A stretch of 32,000 nucleotides of DNA from Mycolicibacterium smegmatis (GCF_001457595.1 NZ_LN831039.1:2370001-2402000), one strand, 5' to 3'. Numbered from the stretch's first letter, positions 9,413-18,885 are shown. Notes: generated by a model not told the origin, from the letters alone. A program made the numbers and translations.

Positions 9413-10234
9413 GTGAGCGTCGCAGAAACCGGCACGAGCGATGCCGTGCGCTACGAGGTCAACGATGCCGGCGTCGCGGTGATCACGCTCAACCGCCCCG
9501 AGCGGCTCAACTCCTGGGGCGCCGACATCTCCGCCGGTGTCTACGCGAGCTTCGACCGCGCCGAGGCCGATCCGGCCGTGCGGGCGATCGTGCTGACCGG
9601 CACGGGGCGGGGGTTCTGCGCCGGCGCCTACATGGGTGAAATGGCCTCGCTCGGCGAATCGATCAGCGGCGACACCGATGTCAGCAAGATCGTCGGCGAG
9701 CGTCACCCGCATTTCCTCACCACGCTGCGCAAGCCGGTGATCGCCGCGATCAACGGCGCCTGCGTCGGCATCGGTCTGACCCACGCGTTGATGTGCGACA
9801 TCCGATTCGCCGCGGCAGGAGCCAAGTTCGCCACCGCATTCCCGCGCCGCGGGCTCATCGGGGAGTACGGCATCACCTGGATCCTGCCGCGCCTGGCGGG
9901 CTGGGGCGCCGCGGCGGACCTGCTGCTGTCAGGCCGGACGTTCCTCGCCGAGGAGGCCTTGCAGCTCGGTCTGGTCAAAGAAGTCGTCGAACCCGAGAAC
10001 CTGCTGACTCGCGCCCTGGAGTACGCCGAAGACCTCGCGCGCAACTGCTCACCGGCGTCGATGGCCGTCATCAAGCGTCAGCTCTACGGCGACGCGACCG
10101 ATGTGGTCACCGACGTCAGTGACCGCGCCGTGACGCTCATGCACGAATCGATGGTGCGTCCCGACCTCATCGAGGGCATCACCGCGTTCTTCGAGAAACG
10201 CCCACCGAACTTCCCGCCGCTCGCCGCCGAGTAA
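9413..10234 (+). CDS. Enoyl-CoA hydratase/isomerase family protein
   Basis: VAVITLNRPERLNSWG, GRGFCAGAYMGE, NGACVGIGLTHALMCDIRFAAAGAKFATAFPRRGLIGEYGITWILPRLAG. Confidence 0.93.
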   Translation: MSVAETGTSDAVRYEVNDAGVAVITLNRPERLNSWGADISAGVYASFDRAEADPAVRAIVLTGTGRGFCAGAYMGEMASLGESISGDTDVSKIVGERHPHFLTTLRKPVIAAINGACVGIGLTHALMCDIRFAAAGAKFATAFPRRGLIGEYGITWILPRLAGWGAAADLLLSGRTFLAEEALQLGLVKEVVEPENLLTRALEYAEDLARNCSPASMAVIKRQLYGDATDVVTDVSDRAVTLMHESMVRPDLIEGITAFFEKRPPNFPPLAAE

Positions 10235-10248
10235 ACCAAAGGACCGCC

Positions 10249-11499
10249 ATGACCACCGACCCGGAACGGTTGCCCTACCTGGCCGTCGACGTCGACAACC
10301 ACTACTACGAACCACTGGATGCGTTCACACGACACCTGCCCAAGGAGTTCCGCAGCCGCGGAGTGCAGATGCTGACCGACGGCAAGCGCACGTACGCGGT
10401 GTTCGGCGGCGTGGTCAACCACTTCATCCCGAACCCGTCGTTCGACCCCATCATCGAACCGGGCTGCCTGGATCTGCTGTTCCGCGGCGAGGTTCCCGAA
10501 GGCGTCGATCCGGCGTCGCTGATGAAGGTCGACCGCCTGACCGACCATCCCGAGTACCAGAACCGCGATGCCCGGGTGGCGGTGCTGGACCGCCAGCGCC
10601 TGGAGACGGTGTTCATGCTGCCGACCTTCGCGTGCGGTGTCGAGGAGGGCCTCAAGCACGACATCGGCGCCACCATGGCATCGATCCACGCCTTCAACCT
10701 GTGGCTCGACGAGGACTGGGGCTTCGACCGTCCCGACGGCCGTATCATCGCCGCGCCGATCATCTCGCTGGCCGATCCCGAAAAGGCCGTCGGGGAAGTG
10801 GAATTCGTGCTCGGCCGCGGCGCCAAGCTTGTCTGCGTGCGGCCCGCACCGGTGCCGGGACTCGTGCGCCCGCGCTCACTGGGCGACCCCGTGCACGACC
10901 CGGTGTGGGCGCGCCTGGCCGAGGCCGGCGTGCCCGTGGTGTTCCACCTTTCCGACTCCGGGTACATGGCGATCCCCGCACTGTGGGGAGGTAGCGGGGT
11001 GTTCAAGGGCTTCGGCAAGCGCGACCCGCTGGACATGGTGATCATGGACGACCGCGCCATCCACGACACCATCGCCTCGATGATCGTGCACCAGGTGTTC
11101 ACGCGGCATCCGAAACTCAAAGTCGTCAGCATCGAGAACGGGTCGTACTTCGTCTACCGACTCATCAAGCGGCTCAAGAAATCCGCCAACAACGCGCCGT
11201 ACCACTACAAGGAAGATCCGGTCGAGCAGCTCAAGAACCACGTGTGGATCGCGCCGTACTACGAGGACGACGTCAAGCTGCTCGCCGACACCATCGGCGT
11301 GGACAAGATACTGTTCGGCTCGGACTGGCCGCACGGGGAAGGCCTGGCGGATCCGACCTCTTTCACCGCCGACATCCCACAGTTCCCCGAATTCAGCCAC
11401 GAGGACACCCGTAGGGTCATGCGGCACAACGCACTGGAACTGCTCGGCGACCCCGACCGCACCGCGCCGGGCGCGCGTCACCTGGCCGCCTCGGTGTAG
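10249..11499 (+). CDS. Amidohydrolase family protein (COG2159 / ACMSD-like metal-dependent hydrolase)
   Basis: DVDNHYYEP, VVFHLSDSGY, VVSIENGSYFVYRL, ILFGSDWPHGEGL. Confidence 0.88.
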   Translation: MTTDPERLPYLAVDVDNHYYEPLDAFTRHLPKEFRSRGVQMLTDGKRTYAVFGGVVNHFIPNPSFDPIIEPGCLDLLFRGEVPEGVDPASLMKVDRLTDHPEYQNRDARVAVLDRQRLETVFMLPTFACGVEEGLKHDIGATMASIHAFNLWLDEDWGFDRPDGRIIAAPIISLADPEKAVGEVEFVLGRGAKLVCVRPAPVPGLVRPRSLGDPVHDPVWARLAEAGVPVVFHLSDSGYMAIPALWGGSGVFKGFGKRDPLDMVIMDDRAIHDTIASMIVHQVFTRHPKLKVVSIENGSYFVYRLIKRLKKSANNAPYHYKEDPVEQLKNHVWIAPYYEDDVKLLADTIGVDKILFGSDWPHGEGLADPTSFTADIPQFPEFSHEDTRRVMRHNALELLGDPDRTAPGARHLAASV

Positions 11500-11502
11500 C
11501 CG

Positions 11503-13131
11503 ATGCCCGAGTGGACGATAGGCGGTGTCGTCGACGCCATCGCCGAGGCCGTTCCGGACCGCGAGATGACGGTGTGCGGCGCGCGCCGCACAACGTTCGC
11601 GCAGGGCGCCGACCGCACACGCCGGATCGCCAATTTCCTTGCCGGCCAAGGACTGGGCGCGCACCGCGAACGCCGCGAGCTCAACCGGTGGGAGTGCGGC
11701 CAGGACCGTGTCGCGCTCATCATGCACAACGACCAGTACCCGGACCTGGTGATCGGATGCCTCAAGGCGCGCACCGTGCCGGTCAATGTCAACTACTACT
11801 ACTCGCCGCGCGAGGTCGCCGAACTGCTGGATCATCTGCGGCCCAGCGCCGTGGTGTACCACCGTTCCCTCGGAGCGAAATTCGCCGACGTGCTGCCGCC
11901 GCGGAGCGCGCGCCTGCTGATCTGCGTCGACGACGGACCCGGACCCGACCTACCGGGTGCGATCCCGCTCGACGACGCACTGGCACAAAGTGGTTCGGAC
12001 TGTGTGGCGCCCGCATCCCCCGACGATTTGCTGATGATCTGCACGGGTGGCACCACCGGCAGGCCCAAGGCGGTCATGTGGCGCCAGGGCGACATCTACG
12101 TGTCATCGATGAACGGCGCCGACCACGACGACGCATCCGAGATCCACGCCAAGGTCGCCAACGCGGGTCCACCGTGGTTCGCGGTGTCGCCGCTCATGCA
12201 CGCCGCCGGCCTGTGGACGGCGTTCTCGGGTCTGCTCTCCGGGCAGACCGTCGTACTTCACGACACCAAGCCGAGATTCGATCCACGCGCGGTGCTCGAG
12301 ACCGCCGAGCGCGAGAAGGTCGGACTGATGACCATGGTGGGCGACGCGTACGCGGCGCCGATCGTCGAGGAACTTCGCCGCCGCACCTACGATCTGTCGT
12401 CGCTGTTCGCGATCGGCACCGGCGGCGCGGCCACCAACCTCAAACATCAGCAGGCGCTGTTGGACCACATCCCGCAGATCACGCTGATCAACGGCTTCGG
12501 ATCGTCGGAGACCGGCAACATGGGCTTCGGCCACAGTCAGCGGGGAAACCACGCCGAGACGTTCCAGTTGCGGGCCGGCGGGTTGGTGCTGGCCGAGGAC
12601 CACTCGCGGTTTCTGACGCCGGGGGAGCAGGGTGTGGGCTGGGTCGCGCGCAACGGCCGGATCCCGTTGGGCTACTTCGACGATGAGGCCGCCACCGCCA
12701 ACACCTTCCCCGAGGTCGAGGGGCAACGGGTCGTCGTCTCCGGCGACCGCGCTGCGTTGGAGGCCGACGGCACCCTGCGCCTGTACGGCCGTGACTCGCT
12801 CGTGGTCAACACCGGCGGCGAGAAGGTGTTCGTCGAAGAGGTCGAAGAAGTGCTGCGGGCCCACGCCGCGGTTGCCGACGCGCTGGTGGTCGGCAGACCC
12901 AGTGAACGCTGGGGTGAGGAGATCGTGGCGATCGTGGCGTTGCGGGACAACCACGGTTCGGACCATGACGTGACGGGCGAGGCACTGCGCGAGCACTGCT
13001 CGACGCGGCTGGCACGGTTCAAGACGCCCAAGGACGTGATGTTCGTCGAACAGGTCCGCAGGCTGGGGAACGGGAAGGCCGACTACCGGTGGGCGAAAGC
13101 CCATGCCGCGCAACGGGTGGAGATGGCATGA
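11503..13131 (+). CDS. Acyl-CoA synthetase (FadD-like)
   Basis: MICTGGTTGRPKAVMWRQ, INGFGSSETGNMG, VNTGGEKVFVEEVEEVL, RLGNGKADYRWAK. Confidence 0.93.
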   Translation: MPEWTIGGVVDAIAEAVPDREMTVCGARRTTFAQGADRTRRIANFLAGQGLGAHRERRELNRWECGQDRVALIMHNDQYPDLVIGCLKARTVPVNVNYYYSPREVAELLDHLRPSAVVYHRSLGAKFADVLPPRSARLLICVDDGPGPDLPGAIPLDDALAQSGSDCVAPASPDDLLMICTGGTTGRPKAVMWRQGDIYVSSMNGADHDDASEIHAKVANAGPPWFAVSPLMHAAGLWTAFSGLLSGQTVVLHDTKPRFDPRAVLETAEREKVGLMTMVGDAYAAPIVEELRRRTYDLSSLFAIGTGGAATNLKHQQALLDHIPQITLINGFGSSETGNMGFGHSQRGNHAETFQLRAGGLVLAEDHSRFLTPGEQGVGWVARNGRIPLGYFDDEAATANTFPEVEGQRVVVSGDRAALEADGTLRLYGRDSLVVNTGGEKVFVEEVEEVLRAHAAVADALVVGRPSERWGEEIVAIVALRDNHGSDHDVTGEALREHCSTRLARFKTPKDVMFVEQVRRLGNGKADYRWAKAHAAQRVEMA

Positions 13132-13982
13132 CGGAATCACCGGCGGGGCGGGCCATCGACTGCCTGGCCAACGTGCACTTCGGTGAGACGCAGAATCAGC
13201 CTGCGTTCATGACCAAGGTCCGCGACGACTACTTCAAGGGCCCGAAGTCGATGTACGACCCGATCGACCTCGGCGCACTGCTCGAGGAGATGGACGCCAA
13301 CGGCGTCGAACGCGCGATCCTCATGGACAACCTCACCAAGCCGTCGGTCACGGCACGCAAGTTCGTGGAGGCCCACCCCGAACGGTTCGCCCTCGCGATG
13401 GGCGGGGTGAATCTGCTGCGCCCCATCCCGTCGCTGCGCGAGTTGGCCGCCGCGGTCCGCGACCTGCCTGTCGCGTACGCGGTTGTGGGGCCGAGCTTCT
13501 GGGGCGACGGCCAGTATCCGCCCAGCGACGCCGTGTACTACCCGCTGTACACCAAGTGCGCCGAACTGGACCTGCCGCTGTGCGTCAACACCGGCCTGCC
13601 CGGGCCGCCGATTCCCGGTGAGGTGCAGAACCCCATCCACCTGGACCGGGTGTGCGTGCGGTTCCCCGAACTGAGGCTGTGCATGATCCACGGCGCCGAT
13701 CCATGGTGGGACATAGCCATCCGCATGCTGATCAAGTACAAGAACCTGCGGCTGATGACCTCCGCGTGGTCACCGAAACGGCTGCCGGAGAGCCTGTTGC
13801 ACTACATGCGCACGCGCGGCCCGGACAAGATCATCTTCGCCTCCGATTTCCCGGTGCTGCGGATGAACCGCGTGGTCCCCGAGGCGCGCGCGCTGGATCT
13901 GCCGCCCGACGTACTCGACAACTACCTCTACCACAACGCCGCGGAGTTCTTCTTCGGCGGTCGCCAACCACAGGAGTTCTGA
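13128..13982 (+). CDS. Amidohydrolase family protein (second COG2159-type paralogue, altered metal-site motifs)
   Basis: IDCLANVHFGE, LCMIHGADPWWDIAIRM, KIIFASDFPVLRM. ATG 13128 overlaps the ligase TGA (ATGA). Confidence 0.82.
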   Translation: MTESPAGRAIDCLANVHFGETQNQPAFMTKVRDDYFKGPKSMYDPIDLGALLEEMDANGVERAILMDNLTKPSVTARKFVEAHPERFALAMGGVNLLRPIPSLRELAAAVRDLPVAYAVVGPSFWGDGQYPPSDAVYYPLYTKCAELDLPLCVNTGLPGPPIPGEVQNPIHLDRVCVRFPELRLCMIHGADPWWDIAIRMLIKYKNLRLMTSAWSPKRLPESLLHYMRTRGPDKIIFASDFPVLRMNRVVPEARALDLPPDVLDNYLYHNAAEFFFGGRQPQEF

Positions 13983-13986
13983 GGCC

Positions 13987-15036
13987 ATGGATCGTTACGA
14001 ACTGCGCAGGCTCGACTACAGCCTGTCCGAGGATCACATCGACCTGCAGAACGCATACCGGCAGTTCTTCAAGACCCACTGCTCGATAGAGGCCGTACGC
14101 GCTGCCGAGGCAACAGGATTCGACAAGAGCCTGTGGGAACGGCTGTGCGCGATGGGGGCCACCACGATGGCGCTGCCGGAGTCCGTCGGCGGTGACGGCG
14201 CGACCCTGGTCGACCTGACGCTGGTCGCCGAGGAGATCGGGCGGGCGCTGGCGCCCGTGCCGTGGATCGACCACGTCGTCGCCGCCCGGCTGCTGGATCG
14301 GCTCGGCGCACTGCCTCCGAGGTCGGAGATCCTCGACGGCACACACTTGGTCGGATTCGACGCACAGCAGGTGCCGCCCACCGGTTCCCGGCTGATCGGG
14401 TCCGCGTCGATCGCCGACCACATCGTCATCCGCGACGGCGACGACGTGGTGCAGCTGAGCTTCTCGACGCGTCCAACCAAGGTGGACAACATCGGAAAGC
14501 TGCCGATGGCGTGGGTCGACCCGGCCGCCGCCGACCACCGCGTCGTCCTGGGCAGCGGGCCCCAAGCGCTCGCGCACCATCAGCGTGCCCTCGACGAGTG
14601 GCGGCTGCTGACCGCAGCGGCGTTGGTGGGGCTGGTCGAGGAGACCATGACCATCGCGGCCGAGTTCGCGAAAACCCGTTACACACTGGGTGTCCCGATA
14701 TCCACGCTGCAGGCCATCTCGCACCCCCTGGCCAACATGGCGATCACGGTCCGCAGCGGTCGCGGCCTGTCGCACCGGGCCGCGTGGTTCCTGGACAACG
14801 AGCCCGACGAACGCCCCGAGCTCGCGCCGTCGGCCTTCGTTTTCATGGCCGAGGAGGCCGCGAAGGCCGCGACCATGGCCGTGCACATCCAGGGTGGGCT
14901 GGGGGTGTCGGCCGAGGCCGCCGCGACGGCCTACCTGGTGCGGGCGCGGGGCTGGCCGCTGGCCGGCGGCGATCCGGGGGCGACGGCAGTGCACATCGCC
15001 GACATCGTCGCCACGCGCGAAGCCGCTCAGGTCTAG
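13987..15036 (+). CDS. Acyl-CoA dehydrogenase, likely alpha/beta-type subunit (FadE-like)
   Basis: WERLCAMGATTMALPESVGGDG, VAEEIGRALAPVPW, AAKAATMAVHIQGGLGVSAEAAATAYLVRA. Confidence 0.9.
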   Translation: MDRYELRRLDYSLSEDHIDLQNAYRQFFKTHCSIEAVRAAEATGFDKSLWERLCAMGATTMALPESVGGDGATLVDLTLVAEEIGRALAPVPWIDHVVAARLLDRLGALPPRSEILDGTHLVGFDAQQVPPTGSRLIGSASIADHIVIRDGDDVVQLSFSTRPTKVDNIGKLPMAWVDPAAADHRVVLGSGPQALAHHQRALDEWRLLTAAALVGLVEETMTIAAEFAKTRYTLGVPISTLQAISHPLANMAITVRSGRGLSHRAAWFLDNEPDERPELAPSAFVFMAEEAAKAATMAVHIQGGLGVSAEAAATAYLVRARGWPLAGGDPGATAVHIADIVATREAAQV

Positions 15037-15061
15037 GACGCAGGTCGAACAGGAAGCCCAC

Positions 15062-16252
15062 ATGGACTTTTCACACGTTGAGCTCTCATCCGAGGACGCG
15101 GCGTTCCGCGAGGAACTGCGCGCGTTCCTGGCGCAGATCGTCACCGAGGACGTCATCCGGCGCGACCGTGAAACCGGTGACAACTTCGATGAGGGCGTGC
15201 ACCTGGCGCTCGGGCAGGCCGGATACCTGGAGCGCGAATTCAAATCCGAGCAGGACGGCGGGTTCACCCGCGTTCAGCGGCGCATTTGGGCGCTGGAGCG
15301 GCGCCGCGCCGAGGTGCCGTGGGTGACATGGGGCACCACCATCATGATCGCCCGGTCGGTCGCCAACTTCGCCTCACCCGAGATCCGCGACGACGTGCTG
15401 CGCGGGGTGTGCGACGGCACCGTGCGGATGTGTCTGGGTTACACCGAACCCGAGGGCGGCTCGGACGTTGCGACGTGCAAGACCCGCGCGGTGCGGGACG
15501 GCGACCAGTGGGTGATAAACGGCTCCAAGATGTTCACCACAGGTGCCCACAACTGCCAGTACGTCTTCCTGATCACCAACACCGACCCGGACGCCCCGAA
15601 ACACAAGAGCCTCACCATGTTCCTGGTGCCGCTGGACACCCCGGGCATCGAGATCCAGGGCATCCGCACCGTCGACGGTGACCGCACCAACATCGTCTAC
15701 TACTCCGACGTGCGTGTCGACGACAAGTACCGCCTCGGTGAGGTCAACGGCGGTTGGTCGGTGGTGCGTGAACCGCTCGACGCCGAGCACGGCGCGGTGG
15801 CCGCGGCCCACGACGGCCTCGACGACGTGGCGATCATGACGCACCAGGCGACATTCATGGCCCACGCCGCCGACAACGTCGCCGCGCTGGTCGGCACGCG
15901 TGACGCCGCCGGCCGCTCACCCGTCGATGACGGCTCGGTCGCATATCGGCTGGGGCGCAGCTTCGCCCGGCTCGAGGCATCGCTGTCCACCCCCAGCATC
16001 TTCGGCCGCGTCGCGATGGCACAGACCATGCGCGACATCTCGCCGGATCTCATGGACATCGCCGGATCGGTGTCCGCGCTGCCGATGGGGGCAGACGGGG
16101 GAGCCGACGACCGCAGCGAGTACATCTACCGCTTCGCGCCACTCGTCGGCATCTACGGCGGCACGCTCGAGGTGTTCCGCAACATGATCGCCCAGCACGT
16201 GCTGCGTCTCGGCAAGCCCAACTACTCGCCGCCCAAAGCCAGGGCCTCCTAG
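15062..16252 (+). CDS. Acyl-CoA dehydrogenase, partner subunit (FadE-like)
   Basis: CLGYTEPEGGSDVATCKTRAVRDGDQWVINGSKMFTTGAHNCQY, IYGGTLEVFRNMIAQHVLRL. Confidence 0.93.
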   Translation: MDFSHVELSSEDAAFREELRAFLAQIVTEDVIRRDRETGDNFDEGVHLALGQAGYLEREFKSEQDGGFTRVQRRIWALERRRAEVPWVTWGTTIMIARSVANFASPEIRDDVLRGVCDGTVRMCLGYTEPEGGSDVATCKTRAVRDGDQWVINGSKMFTTGAHNCQYVFLITNTDPDAPKHKSLTMFLVPLDTPGIEIQGIRTVDGDRTNIVYYSDVRVDDKYRLGEVNGGWSVVREPLDAEHGAVAAAHDGLDDVAIMTHQATFMAHAADNVAALVGTRDAAGRSPVDDGSVAYRLGRSFARLEASLSTPSIFGRVAMAQTMRDISPDLMDIAGSVSALPMGADGGADDRSEYIYRFAPLVGIYGGTLEVFRNMIAQHVLRLGKPNYSPPKARAS

Positions 16253-16273
16253 AGCCCTGCTCGGCAGAGAACT

Positions 16274-17509
16274 CTACGAAGACGCCGTGAGTGCCGGCGG
16301 TTTGACCGCGTCGGGATCGGGGCTGGCGATCGGCAGACCCATGAACCGTCGCGCGTTGTCACCCATGAAATCGTAGGTGCGGCGGATGTCCATGCCCTCG
16401 GCGTACTTCCAGTAGCCCTTCGGCTCCGCCAGACCTTCGGGATGCGGGTAATCCGAACCGAACAACACCTTGTCCCATCCGACCGTCTCGACGACGTCGG
16501 CGACACAGCCCTCCCAGAACGGGCTGGCCCAGATGTTGCGCCGGAACACGTCGTGCGGGTGTTCTGGGAAGTTTTGCGGCATCTTCTTGTACAGGTCGGC
16601 GAAATCGCGGAACAGCGGGAAGATCCAGCTGCTGCCGTTCTCGACGCTGGCGATGCGCAGCCTGGGGAACCTGGTGAGCGTGCCGTGGCAGATCAGCGCG
16701 GTGAGCATGTCCGCGATCTCGCGGTGTCCCAGCACCATCCAACGGAAGGCACTCTGCGTCATGAAGTTCTGCGTGTGAGCGGGTTCCCACTTGTTGATGT
16801 AGTCGTCGAGCGGCGGGAAACTTGCGTGCAGCACGATCGGCAGCCCGGCCGCCTCGACGTCACGCCAGAACGGGTCGAACTCGGGCAGCGCGGGTGAGCG
16901 CCAGCCGTGCAGACCGTTGACCGGCCCGGGTTTGATCAGCGCGGCCTTGGCGCCGTGCTCCAGGATCCAGGCCAGTTCCCGTTGTGCAGCCTCGACTTCC
17001 GACAGGTTGATGATCGGCGTGGTGAACAGCCGGTCGGCGTGATTGAACGTCCAGTGCTCCAGGATCCACTCGTTGAGCGCGTGGATGATCGCCAGGGTCA
17101 GCTGCGGATCATCGGCGCTGGAATGCTCGACCAGACTGCCCAGCGTCGGGTAGATGAGGGCCTCGACGACGCCTTGGCGGTCGAGTTCTGCGATGCGGTC
17201 CTCGGGGTTTCGCGTCGCCGCGGGTGCCTCGATCGGCTTGCCCTGCATCTCGCGCAGCGTCAACCCCTCGGTGTTCTCACCGGCGAAGAACTTCTCGTGG
17301 GCACCCGGCGCGGCGACCCGCTCGAACGTGGGGTTGGGGATGAAGTCCGTGACCCGGTTGTTGATCACCACACGAGTCTGACGGCCGATCTGCGCGTACT
17401 GCACGGCCCGCCGGTACCTCTCGGGGAGGAACTTGGTGAGTGCCTCGGCCGTCTCGTACATGTGCTGATCGGCATCGAAGATCGGTGCGTCCGTGAACTG
17501 CTCGGTCAT
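16274..17509 (-). CDS. Amidohydrolase family protein (COG2159)
   Basis: DADQHMYETAEAL, IVLHASFPP, IASVENGSSWIFPLFRDF, VLFGSDYPHPEGLAEP. ATG 17509 chosen; the upstream extension falls in repeat DNA. Confidence 0.88.
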   Translation of the reverse strand: MTEQFTDAPIFDADQHMYETAEALTKFLPERYRRAVQYAQIGRQTRVVINNRVTDFIPNPTFERVAAPGAHEKFFAGENTEGLTLREMQGKPIEAPAATRNPEDRIAELDRQGVVEALIYPTLGSLVEHSSADDPQLTLAIIHALNEWILEHWTFNHADRLFTTPIINLSEVEAAQRELAWILEHGAKAALIKPGPVNGLHGWRSPALPEFDPFWRDVEAAGLPIVLHASFPPLDDYINKWEPAHTQNFMTQSAFRWMVLGHREIADMLTALICHGTLTRFPRLRIASVENGSSWIFPLFRDFADLYKKMPQNFPEHPHDVFRRNIWASPFWEGCVADVVETVGWDKVLFGSDYPHPEGLAEPKGYWKYAEGMDIRRTYDFMGDNARRFMGLPIASPDPDAVKPPALTASS

Positions 17510-17533
17510 GTCGGTCGGTTCCTTTTTTCTTGC

Positions 17534-17594
17534 GCGAGCAGACGCGAAACTGCGCATTTTTCTTTCGAAAGAGGGCAGGTTTGCGTCTGCTGGC
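17534..17594. repeat. Dispersed intergenic inverted repeat, copy 1
   Basis: Arms GCGAGCAGACGCGAAAC and GTTTGCGTCTGCTGGC. Confidence 0.7.
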
Positions 17595-17602
17595 ATGGAA
17601 GT

Positions 17603-18751
17603 TCAGCGAGTGAGAATCGTGGCGCCCGCGGTGCCTGGCGCGCCGTAGAGCTGGGCGAATCCGACCTTCGGTTCGCCGGGCACCTGGCGGTCACCGGCCT
17701 CGCCGCGCAATTGGCGCACCAGTTCGTGGATCTGGCGCAGACCGGACGCGCCGATCGGCTCGCCGTTGGCGATCAGCCCGCCGTCGGTGTTGACCGGCAG
17801 CGACCCGCCGATCTCGGTGGCGCCGTCGGCGAGCAGCTTCTCCTGGTCGCCGTGCGCGCAGAACCCGCACTCGGCCATGTGGATGATCTCGGCGCCCGCA
17901 TCGGTGTCCTGCAGCTGGATCACGTCGACGTCTTCCGGCGCCACCCCGGCCTTTTCGAACGCCGCGCGAGCCGCATAGACCGTCGGCGCGACATCCTCCT
18001 CGACCGGTGCGCACGTCGTGTTCACCTCGTAGGCGCCGTAGCGGCGGGTCCGCACCTCGACGGCCTTGAGGTACACGGGTTTGTCGGTGTAGCGGTGGGC
18101 GATGTCGGCCCGGCACATCACCACCGCGGCCGCACCTTCGTCCGGTGCGCAGAACATGTACTGCGTGAGCGGATAGTTCAGCATGGTCGAGTTGAGGATG
18201 TCGTCCTCGCTGATCGGTTTGCGCCGGAAGGCATTCGGATTGAGTGCGCCGTTGCGGAAGTTCTTGGCCGCGACCCTGGCCAGGGTGCGCCGGGAGATGT
18301 TGTGGTCGTGCAGATACCGGTTGGCCTTCATGCCGAAGAACTGCGTGGTGAGGTACTGACCGTTCTCGGCGTACCACTTGGGCATGCCGACGAGCGCGGG
18401 ATCCTCGGTGAACGCCCCGCGGGGATGCTTGTCCAGGCCGACGGCGATGCCGATGTCGTAGTCGCCGAGGCGGATGCCGTCGGCGCACACCTTGGTGGCG
18501 CTCGCGGCCGTCGCGCACGCGTTGAACACGTTGGTGAACGGGATGCCCGAGAGCTCTACCATGCCGACGATCGCGTCCGGGTTGGCGACGGTCCAGCTGC
18601 CGCCGGTGGCGGCGCCGATGTCCTTCCAGTCAACCCCGGCATCGGCGACCGCCGCGAAGATCGCGTCGACGCCCATCTGCATCGCGGTCTTGCCCTCGAA
18701 CCGGCCGAACGGGTGAATGCCGACCCCGATGATCGCTACGTCGTGGGACAC
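17603..18751 (-). CDS. SCP-x/lipid-transfer-type thiolase (Ltp-like)
   Basis: MSHDVAIIGVGIHPFGRFEGK, VFNACATAASA, CGFCAHGDQEKLL, PVNTDGGLIANGEPIGASGLRQIHELVRQLRGEAG. Confidence 0.92.
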   Translation of the reverse strand: MSHDVAIIGVGIHPFGRFEGKTAMQMGVDAIFAAVADAGVDWKDIGAATGGSWTVANPDAIVGMVELSGIPFTNVFNACATAASATKVCADGIRLGDYDIGIAVGLDKHPRGAFTEDPALVGMPKWYAENGQYLTTQFFGMKANRYLHDHNISRRTLARVAAKNFRNGALNPNAFRRKPISEDDILNSTMLNYPLTQYMFCAPDEGAAAVVMCRADIAHRYTDKPVYLKAVEVRTRRYGAYEVNTTCAPVEEDVAPTVYAARAAFEKAGVAPEDVDVIQLQDTDAGAEIIHMAECGFCAHGDQEKLLADGATEIGGSLPVNTDGGLIANGEPIGASGLRQIHELVRQLRGEAGDRQVPGEPKVGFAQLYGAPGTAGATILTR

Positions 18752-18885
18752 GTTTCAGCCCCTTCCCGATGTGCAAGTGAAGGTGATTTCGTCGGTCCGG
18801 CCCAATGGCACTGTGCCGTCCTGCATGGCGCCGTCCTTCCGCGAAAAGTCTCGTCACACGAGCCGTCGAACCAAAAGGGTATAGC

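Noticed and set aside
14262-15326. Long alternative ORF (354 aa) overlapping the FadE genes, and many similar long out-of-frame ORFs (e.g. 5565-6485, 10876-11862, 16907-18919, 19309-20862, 21144-22946)
   Set aside because: Arg/Pro/Gly-rich translations without family motifs, lying opposite or out of frame to genes with clear conserved motifs; typical of high-GC DNA.
17510-17596. N-terminal extension of the 16274 amidohydrolase ORF (MPADANLPSFERKMRSFASARARKKEPTD)
   Set aside because: Encoded by the dispersed inverted repeat; homology-like sequence starts at MTEQFTDAPIFDADQH (ATG 17509).
17603-18751. Assignment as a steroid side-chain aldol-lyase (Ltp2-like)
   Set aside because: The sequence supports an SCP-x/Ltp-type thiolase, but no DUF35 partner is present in the window, so the specific activity is not supportable.
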